DNA from: a virus
Lineage: Duplodnaviria; Caudoviricetes
IMG/VR virus record: IMGVR_UViG_3300024240_000011
Location: 1-26,279 of that record
DNA length: 26,279 nucleotides
Strand: one strand, 5' to 3'
Below are positions 17,887-24,589 of the stretch, piece by piece (position 1 is the first letter of the stretch; each line of letters opens with the position of its first letter). A program made the translations under genes and the position numbers. Below the pieces are notes generated by a model. It was not told the origin of the DNA. It saw nothing but the letters and a program-made list of their open reading frames with translations, and did not search any database.

Positions 17887-18042
17887 CTATTTTTGTATAT
17901 AATTTGAGAACATACGATTTTTATATTTCTTTAAATCTTTTTCTTTTATTAATTTGCCTTCATTTTTTTCGTTTATTTCTAACAGTAATAATTCAGTCAT
18001 GCCAGTAGTTCTACCAATTTTTTTGTTCTTTTTTTTCTTCAT
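17887..18042 (-). CDS. Small basic hypothetical protein (51 aa) after the capsid gene
   Basis: Likely start MKKKKNKK at 18042, since the listed TTG at 18111 lies inside a hairpin. Ends KNRMFSNYIQK. Confidence 0.45.
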   Translation of the reverse strand: MKKKKNKKIGRTTGMTELLLLEINEKNEGKLIKEKDLKKYKNRMFSNYIQK

Positions 18043-18061
18043 ATATTTTATATTAAAAATT

Positions 18062-18115
18062 AAAGTTGGGAGGTAAATGAAAAGTGTAATAACACAAAAG
18101 AAACCCCCCAACTTT
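18062..18115 (-). terminator. Stem-loop / probable intrinsic terminator or attenuator after the major capsid gene
   Basis: Minus strand AAAGTTGGGGGGT...ACCTCCCAACTTT followed by AATTTTT, with an inner GTGT-TATT-ACAC hairpin. Confidence 0.6.
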
Positions 18116-18160
18116 TTAACTAACTAAGGAGAAATTTAAATTGAAACTTTATTTTAAATA

Positions 18161-19186
18161 TTACTGAATAGTGTAAGGACTGCAAGAATCATAATATGTC
18201 AAACCAACACCAGCAAACATAAAGTAATGTAAATCAATTATTCCTGTGTCTGCATGTGTAGTTTGGTCAGCAATCATTTGGATTCCATTAATATTTCGTC
18301 CAATCCAGATTTGAGATAAATCCCCGAACACCCAATATTTTGTTGAGGATGCTGTCGTGCTTGTTGAATTTAAAACACCGTCAGCCACAACTTCAAATGG
18401 GAAATTACAAAATGATTTCGCACCAGTGTTTGCATCAAACAACGGTCTTTTGTTAGAATCCAATAATCCATTTAACAAAGTCCAATGTGTTCTGTCAATT
18501 ACAAATTTACTATTTTTCCAGAAAAATGGATTTGTAGTTCCGATGTGTCCAACGATATCTGCATATGTTACACCTGTAACTAATCCAGATGCACTTTGCG
18601 TATAAGCACTTCCGCCATAAGCACCTGTAAAAGTTGTGCCTTTACCTAAAGCATCCAAATCAAAATCTTGTGCAAATTTCATTCCCACTTGTGCATTAAT
18701 ATATTGCTGTAAGGAATAAGGAGATGTTTGAAGTAGTTCTTGTGTTAATTGAACTTTGGCATGGTATCTTTTCATGCTTATTGTTCTTGTTGCAATTGTT
18801 GGAGCAGAAGCTGTAGCAGAACTTGTTTCACCTAATCTTGCGTCGCTCAAATTTGCAGTTGTAGTTGGGATTGTCATTGAGTTGGAAGTGAAATCAAAAA
18901 TTGTGCAATTTCTTAAAGCAACACCTGCTATTTCAGCGCTCTCCAAAATATTTGGAGCAAACTGAGTTGGGACTAAAGTTGTGTTTGTGGTCATCGTTTT
19001 GTCAACATATTTACTTCTATTGTTATTAATTGAATCAAGTATAAATTCTTTATATTCTATTGCATTTTTTTGTTTATCTTCTTCTCCACTAAATATAACT
19101 TTCTTTTCAACTGGGTCATCTTCAACTAATTTTTCTAACTTTTCTAACTTTTCTAAAAGGTCTTTATATTCTTTATTTTCTTCCAT
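18161..19186 (-). CDS. Major capsid protein, HK97 fold
   Basis: Short coiled-coil delta domain, LVPTQFAPNILE, LTQELLQTS, ALGKGT, LLDSNKRPLF and VFGDLS. Follows the protease. Confidence 0.92.
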   Translation of the reverse strand: MEENKEYKDLLEKLEKLEKLVEDDPVEKKVIFSGEEDKQKNAIEYKEFILDSINNNRSKYVDKTMTTNTTLVPTQFAPNILESAEIAGVALRNCTIFDFTSNSMTIPTTTANLSDARLGETSSATASAPTIATRTISMKRYHAKVQLTQELLQTSPYSLQQYINAQVGMKFAQDFDLDALGKGTTFTGAYGGSAYTQSASGLVTGVTYADIVGHIGTTNPFFWKNSKFVIDRTHWTLLNGLLDSNKRPLFDANTGAKSFCNFPFEVVADGVLNSTSTTASSTKYWVFGDLSQIWIGRNINGIQMIADQTTHADTGIIDLHYFMFAGVGLTYYDSCSPYTIQ

Positions 19187-19303
19187 ATTATTTCCATATA
19201 AAAATGAAATACAAAATCATTTGTGTATAATAGTAATTTTATATTTGTGCGTTTTATTTAACCTAATATTTCCAACTTTTCAGTCTAATATTCCCAGTTT
19301 TTA

Positions 19304-20005
19304 TTATAATATTTTAGCAGTCAAATTTTCTATTCTTTGTTTTATGTTTTTTACTTCTTCAGTATTTTTTTCTTTCTCTTTTATTTCTAAAAGTTTAAAT
19401 AATTCCTCAATTCTTTTTTCAACAATTTCAAAATTCATTGTATAATTATTTTCAAATTCTTGTAGTTTTTGTTCAAATTTTATTACTTTTTCTTTTTGCT
19501 CATTCTTTTCTATTTCTTTTTCAAATATTTCTTTTAATTCTGGTGTCTTAACACTTTTATAAGCTAATGCTAAACTTTCTGAATTTGCTGGAACCGTTAC
19601 CGCACTATATTCAAGTAATTCCCAATTTTTATATACCAATTGTTCTGATTCATTTATTTCAATTTCTTTTGGCAAAAAGCCAATTGAAAATGCGCTCATG
19701 AATCCATCTTTGTATAATTTGGCTACCTCTTGACCGAGAGCAGTTTCTGCGAATTTTAATTTTGAAATAATATTATTGTCGTTGCTCTTAATCCATAGAG
19801 CTTTAGCAATTGGTAAACCTTTGGAATCATGATTTAATAATACAACTGGATTTTTTTGAAAGGCCGTGAAGTCTCCACCTTTTGCAGTTACTATTTCGTT
19901 ATAACGGTCTGGGGAATCTGAAGATATTTTTGCTATTAAAGTATTGTCGCTTTCATCAAAAGTAGAAGTTGAAGTGAATTGTTTAGTGCGAATTGTATTT
20001 TCCAT
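19304..20005 (-). CDS. Prohead protease, HK97 family
   Basis: DRYNEIV, NPVVLLNHD..LPIAK, AFSIGF and WELLEYSAVTVPAN. AAGGA RBS. Confidence 0.95.
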   Translation of the reverse strand: MENTIRTKQFTSTSTFDESDNTLIAKISSDSPDRYNEIVTAKGGDFTAFQKNPVVLLNHDSKGLPIAKALWIKSNDNNIISKLKFAETALGQEVAKLYKDGFMSAFSIGFLPKEIEINESEQLVYKNWELLEYSAVTVPANSESLALAYKSVKTPELKEIFEKEIEKNEQKEKVIKFEQKLQEFENNYTMNFEIVEKRIEELFKLLEIKEKEKNTEEVKNIKQRIENLTAKIL

Positions 20006-20218
20006 TTACTTTTTCCTTGCAAGAAAAATAGTAAGAAAACTGGAGTGGACTTATATGACATTCGTGTTATATGCCAATGCCACTAACTAATATGACATAT
20101 TGTGTTAACTAATATAAATAGTTTTGAATAGTTTATTAATTATGAAATTTTTTTGACTGTAAACTATTTGTGGTATGTTATGTAATTTACTTAATATATT
20201 TGCTAATAGCAAGTAATA
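20006..20218 (-). promoter_or_regulatory. Probable late-operon control region
   Basis: Only sizeable gap ahead of the structural operon. ATATGACAT-n-GTGTTA at 20053 and 20090, TAACTAATAT at 20084 and 20106, TAATATAAATAGT at 20110. Confidence 0.5.
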
Positions 20219-20710
20219 TTATTCTGTATATTCTAAAAGTTCAGCCTGTTCGAGTAATGCTGGAGTAATACCTGCCTTCCCTCGAGTATTGCCTTCGCTT
20301 TTTATTTTTTTAATAAATTTCTGTTTACTATTTTCAAATTCTGCTTTTCTCTTTTGTTCAATTATAGCAAGTTCAATCGGGTCTTCCACAAAGGTGCTTT
20401 CTTTAAACAAATCTTTAGGCACTTTTTTGCTTATATTTTCAAAATCAAATGTTAATATTATTTGATTATTTTTGACGAATTGAATTTTTAAAGATATAAT
20501 TTCTTTATATTCTTTTTTTATTTGTTCAAAAAATTCTGCAGGATTTATTAAATTAAAATTATCCTGAAAAATAATGTCGATGCTGGATGGCTTTATTCCA
20601 ATTTTAAATTTTCCATTATAATGGAATTTTTGTTTAACCATTTTCTCAACATTTTCTAAGTTTTTTAACATTCTCATTTCCTGTTCTTCAGTTAAATTTT
20701 CATAATTCAA
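20219..20710 (-). CDS. Hypothetical protein (163 aa)
   Basis: GGAG RBS before the TTG start. No family recognised. Confidence 0.7.
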   Translation of the reverse strand: MNYENLTEEQEMRMLKNLENVEKMVKQKFHYNGKFKIGIKPSSIDIIFQDNFNLINPAEFFEQIKKEYKEIISLKIQFVKNNQIILTFDFENISKKVPKDLFKESTFVEDPIELAIIEQKRKAEFENSKQKFIKKIKSEGNTRGKAGITPALLEQAELLEYTE

Positions 20711-20765
20711 TTAATTCTCCATTAAATCAAAATGAAACCATTATATAACTTTTACACGCTTGTTG

Positions 20766-21059
20766 TTACCCGCTTGTTGTTACCAGTAATTTCTTGTTTA
20801 TAAATTTAATTTCTATAATTTCTGGATGATTTATCTCGAGTTCCGCAATCGCATCATTAATTATTTTTTGAGTATTTCTTAACTCATCAGCGTAAGCCAT
20901 ATTTTTAAAAGCCTCGAGAATATGCTTACAATTTTTCGTTTCATCTTTCCTGAACTTAAATCCACGGCAAGAACAAAAATTTTTTTCACCGATTATGACA
21001 TCATAACCTTTTATTCTAAATTTTTTGCTTTCCAATTTCCATTCTCCATTAAAATCCAT
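20766..21059 (-). CDS. SWIM zinc-finger protein
   Basis: CSC-RGFKFR-x5-CKH, the CxC-xn-CxH SWIM motif. Confidence 0.8.
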   Translation of the reverse strand: MDFNGEWKLESKKFRIKGYDVIIGEKNFCSCRGFKFRKDETKNCKHILEAFKNMAYADELRNTQKIINDAIAELEINHPEIIEIKFINKKLLVTTSG

Positions 21060-21102
21060 TTTATTTTTTCTTTTAAATAAATATTACTGAAACCTCTTTT
21101 TA

Positions 21103-21576
21103 TTACAATAAATCTTTTGGATTCAAAGTTATTAATCCTGGAATGTCACCAATCGGAACAATTCGACCTTCTGAATGATAATAACAGTTTGTTGTTTTAG
21201 TTGTTCCGTTTTCAACTTTATATTTTGTTAAATCTAATTTCTGCAGATTTTTTGGATTGAAAATATAAATTTTATAATTGGAAAAATCAGTTTCGTTTAT
21301 CACCGTGTAAAAAATCAAATCTGCCTTACAATAGGAAGCCCAGCCTTCCTGATTTGTTGATTTATTGCTTATTGTCTCCGCAAAGATTGAACCCCATAAA
21401 ACTTTTTGAGCTTTAAGACTTATTTTTTTTATTTCTTCTTTAGAATTTTCAATTAATAAGTCGACATCTTGTTCTTGGAGGCTTTTGAAAAAATCATTTT
21501 TATTATAATCGCAAAAACAAAATTTGCAGTTGCTACGGATTAATAAAGGTCTTATAATTCTACGGTAACATTGCAT
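21103..21576 (-). CDS. Putative PD-(D/E)xK-like phage nuclease
   Basis: QEQDVDLLI, ISLK and GSIFAETISN...EGW..YCKADLIFY resemble a common phage restriction-fold family. The start may lie further upstream (ATT at 21612). Confidence 0.5.
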   Translation of the reverse strand: MQCYRRIIRPLLIRSNCKFCFCDYNKNDFFKSLQEQDVDLLIENSKEEIKKISLKAQKVLWGSIFAETISNKSTNQEGWASYCKADLIFYTVINETDFSNYKIYIFNPKNLQKLDLTKYKVENGTTKTTNCYYHSEGRIVPIGDIPGLITLNPKDLL

Positions 21577-21624
21577 CTCTAATTTTTCATCTTTTTTGTT
21601 TAAACAACTAATTTTATTATCTCC

Positions 21625-21864
21625 TTATTTTATGTTATAATCATAATCTAAATTCGGGAATTGATTATATTCCTGTTCTTGCAGGTATAATTCTTGTAAT
21701 TCATCTATATATTCATTATAACCTGAGTATAGATTCTCGGGTATTTCTTGTTCTGCAACTTTTTTTTCCGCATCCCCGAGTATATCTTCTACTGTGTATC
21801 CCAAATCTTTGTAAATAAAAGTTGTGTTTTTTCTTAAATCATTTATATTTATGCTTCCGTTCAT
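21625..21864 (-). CDS. Small acidic hypothetical protein (79 aa)
   Basis: AAGGA RBS, Glu/Asp/Tyr-rich, directly after rep. Confidence 0.65.
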   Translation of the reverse strand: MNGSININDLRKNTTFIYKDLGYTVEDILGDAEKKVAEQEIPENLYSGYNEYIDELQELYLQEQEYNQFPNLDYDYNIK

Positions 21865-21876
21865 TATTATTTTTCC

Positions 21877-23175
21877 TTATAAATGCCTTTCTTTAAATGG
21901 TATGAAATCCTGAGAAATTGGCACTTCAATTTTCTTATTGTTTCTATTTGTTTTCCATTCTTCTTCATATTCGTCAATATGATTAATAACGTATAGCCAC
22001 CCTTCTTCTTCAGTTGGATTATTATTTATTCTATAATATTCACCAAATTTTTCCTGGCAAATTTCATAATTTATTTTGTAATTCTTTTCTTTAATAATTT
22101 TATTTATTGCTTCTTTTACTTCTTTATATAATTTAACTGATTTATCATATGACGCTTTTCTTTTTTCAAAAGAATCCTGAAAAATCTCCTGAGGTGGATT
22201 AATTTTCTTTATTTCTTTTGAAAATGCAGGCTGGTGTTCTGGGAGTTCTGGGTGCTTTTGAACTGGATGAACCACTGCCTTACCTTCTTCTTTTTTTGTT
22301 TCTTCTTTTATTTTTCCCTTCAAAAAAGATTCCTGAGGTGGGAAAGAATGCAAAACCTCTTCTTTTATAGGTGCAGGCTGGTGTTCTATTTGTTGTGTTT
22401 GTTCTTCAAATTTAAGAACTGGAGCCTTACCCTCGGGTGTATTATTTGTTTCTTCTTTTTCTTTTCCTTTTGAAAAAGATTCCTGAGATGATTGGGGATT
22501 TTCTACTTTTTCATTTCCAGATTCATTTAAAGAATTTGAAAGCGGACCACTCTCTGCTGTATTCTCTTGGGTATTTTTTTGAGAATTATATGAAGTATTA
22601 TATGTAGTATTATATGTATTAGATTTCTGATTTTTGCCTTCCCATTTCTGATTTTCAGAAGTGCATTTCTGATTTTTGCCTTCCCATTTCTGATTTTTAA
22701 CATTCATTTCTGATTTTAATAGTTCCATTTCTGATTTTTCACTATTGCATTTCTTAAAATCAGAAATGCACTTCTGAAAATCGGAAATGAATAAATTAGT
22801 TATCCTATAATGAATAACTGGATGTCCATAAGCCTGGCTTTTCATTCTTTCAATAAATCCTAATTTTTCTAATTTAACTGCTACCAATTCAGTTTGATTT
22901 TTTGTTAAATGAATTTCAGATTCCCATTCAGAATAGCTTTTATAAATCCACCCGAAATATTTTCCTTTGTCAATCCAATACATCAATTGAGAAAAGAATA
23001 TAGATGCATTTATTAATGGAGTTATTTTTTTAGATTGAAAAAATGAAATTAAAATTTGAGGAATCACCAAGCATTTTGAATCGCCAGTGGAGTTTTTGAT
23101 TAATTCTTGCCATTCTTCTTTTGAAATTATTGCAGGATTTTCTCGAGCGGAAATTACTTCTTTGAGTGATTTCAT
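21877..23175 (-). CDS. Phage replication initiator (lambda O-like architecture, N-terminal winged HTH)
   Basis: ASIFFSQLMYW..GWIYKSYSEWESEIHLT..KLEKLGFIE..HYRI wHTH, followed by DNA iterons inside the gene. Confidence 0.85.
   Translation of the reverse strand: MKSLKEVISARENPAIISKEEWQELIKNSTGDSKCLVIPQILISFFQSKKITPLINASIFFSQLMYWIDKGKYFGWIYKSYSEWESEIHLTKNQTELVAVKLEKLGFIERMKSQAYGHPVIHYRITNLFISDFQKCISDFKKCNSEKSEMELLKSEMNVKNQKWEGKNQKCTSENQKWEGKNQKSNTYNTTYNTSYNSQKNTQENTAESGPLSNSLNESGNEKVENPQSSQESFSKGKEKEETNNTPEGKAPVLKFEEQTQQIEHQPAPIKEEVLHSFPPQESFLKGKIKEETKKEEGKAVVHPVQKHPELPEHQPAFSKEIKKINPPQEIFQDSFEKRKASYDKSVKLYKEVKEAINKIIKEKNYKINYEICQEKFGEYYRINNNPTEEEGWLYVINHIDEYEEEWKTNRNNKKIEVPISQDFIPFKERHL
22590..22789. 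repeat. Iteron array plus AT-rich tract: probable replication origin inside rep
   Basis: CATTTCTGATTTT-type units at 22622, 22643, 22664, 22685, 22705, 22726, 22748 and 22769 (spacing 20-22 bp), the last two with dyad symmetry. Adjacent GTATTATAT repeats at about 22595-22620. Confidence 0.85.
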
Positions 23176-23218
23176 ACTTGTCCTTTGTTATACAAAAGAC
23201 GAAACCTGATTTTTTCAT
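23030..23218 (-). CDS. Putative leader ORF (62 aa) overlapping the rep start out of frame
   Basis: Its initiation region AAAGGACAAGTATGAAA is identical to that of rep, 43 nt downstream. Confidence 0.45.
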   Translation of the reverse strand: MKKSGFVFCITKDKYEITQRSNFRSRKSCNNFKRRMARINQKLHWRFKMLGDSSNFNFIFSI

Positions 23219-23285
23219 ACTTGTCCTTTTTTAATGCTGGTAGCCAGGACAGGGTATGAAGCCTTTTTAACTACCAGCATTTTTT
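23170..23285 (-). promoter_or_regulatory. Structured RNA leader of rep (duplicated RBS, anti-RBS loop, RBS-sequestering hairpin)
   Basis: 17-bp direct repeat at 23170-23186 and 23213-23229. Perfect 11-bp stem 23233-23243 / 23271-23281. Loop 23246-23260 is complementary to the repeat. Hairpin GUCUUUUGU-AUA-ACAAAGGAC at 23180-23200. Confidence 0.7.
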
Positions 23286-23629
23286 AAATAAATATATTAA
23301 CTTGGGATTAATATAATATAAATAGTATTGAAGAACATTTTATTTGAAAATTATTTTTGCCTTATTAAATCCTCTTATATAAATAGTCTCGAGATTCCTG
23401 TAAATTGAAAAAATTGTTGTCGATTTATTGTTTTTTTAACAATCTTTTTTATACTAAATCTTATTAATAATATACAAAATATCTTTAAAAGATTCATAAA
23501 AAATTGTTATCATTTTATTGTTTTTTCATACCTACTATTTATAAGGTATAATTTATAAATAATCTCTATAATAATTTACAAATATTTCTACAAATTGTAA
23601 AGCATTTTTAAAAATATTTTTGCAGGGAT

Positions 23630-24589
23630 TTATAAATTAATTAGCCAATTGCAAACTGAAAATAATTGTTCTTCACCATTTAAATTACAAGCGTTGTCTA
23701 ATAAATTGTTCTCGAGTTGATTCCATATTTCCGATGCCATACTTATTGCGATTGCCGCACCAATAAAAAATGTTTTAGGATTTAAATTTTCTTCTCTAAA
23801 AGAAGTTTTAATTCTTGCTAATGCAGAAAATGCAGTTTTCCAATGTTCATCTGCGCCTGCAGGGTCAATTCCACCTTTTAATTCACCTAAAGCAATGTAT
23901 TTATTCCCTTCGATTGATTTCTTTTTTCCTTTTCCATTAATCCTATAGTCACCATTTATTAAAATTAAATCAATATTTTTAGTAACGATTTTAAGAGTTG
24001 AATTAAATAAAAGAGTTCTGTTGTTTTCACCGTTTTTCCAATAAAATCCTTTTGTATGCGATTCAATATTTCTATCTTCTTCTTTTTTCTTTGCCCATAT
24101 ATATTTTTCTGAATCGAGCCAATAAAATTCAACATCATTTATATTCAAAGTTGCTACAAGTGCTCTCATAAATTTTACTTCTGCTAAATACCCCACAACA
24201 TTACGCATCTGTCCTCCAAGAGAATCTCCTTTTACTAACAAATAACGAAAAATTAGTTCATCAACAAAATATTCTCCAGCAGGTTCAAGAAATTTTTCAA
24301 TTAAATTATTTATTGCATTAACTTTGTCTTCATCTTTTAAATGTCCAATAGCTTTATCAGATAAGCCAGAAGCAGTTAACAAAGAATGATAAATCTCTTC
24401 CATTTTTAATAATTCAATGGGAGATTTTAACTTTGAAATTTTTGATTTAAGTGCTTTAGCTTCCAGAACCATCGGTGTAGCCCTCTTATTTTTTTCTAAT
24501 GCTTGCGCAACAAAACCAGCCCTTACCGATTCGTAAGTTGTTTCTAAATCTTTTGAAGAAGTGAGGTGACTTTTGTAAGTGTAATTCAT
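23630..24589 (-). CDS. Type II restriction endonuclease, BsoBI/AvaI family (predicted CYCGRG)
   Basis: RAGFVAQALEKN, RYLLVKGDSLGGQMRN, KNID and the catalytic region ALGELKGGIDPAGADEHWKTA recognised as the BsoBI/AvaI signature. Confidence 0.92.
   Translation of the reverse strand: MNYTYKSHLTSSKDLETTYESVRAGFVAQALEKNKRATPMVLEAKALKSKISKLKSPIELLKMEEIYHSLLTASGLSDKAIGHLKDEDKVNAINNLIEKFLEPAGEYFVDELIFRYLLVKGDSLGGQMRNVVGYLAEVKFMRALVATLNINDVEFYWLDSEKYIWAKKKEEDRNIESHTKGFYWKNGENNRTLLFNSTLKIVTKNIDLILINGDYRINGKGKKKSIEGNKYIALGELKGGIDPAGADEHWKTAFSALARIKTSFREENLNPKTFFIGAAIAISMASEIWNQLENNLLDNACNLNGEEQLFSVCNWLINL

Noticed and set aside
769-17889. TAG stop-codon reassignment (prompted by the TAG at 15469)
   Set aside because: Long conserved genes are intact in the standard code, TAG ends several genes cleanly (769, 5154, 14834, 17887), and read-through at 15469 stays out of frame with the downstream fibre repeats.
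18043-18111. Hydrophobic N-terminus of the listed 74-aa ORF as a TM segment
   Set aside because: It is the translation of the post-capsid hairpin. ATG at 18042 is the more plausible start.
1755-20005. Gene transfer agent or contractile-tail system
   Set aside because: A linked replication initiator with origin argues against a GTA. No sheath or baseplate wedge genes are present, and the chaperone frameshift plus long TMP fit a non-contractile tail.
22622-22789. CRISPR-like periodic repeats
   Set aside because: Period is only ~21 bp with no unique 25-45-bp spacers, the array is inside a coding gene and no cas genes are present. Iterons fit better.
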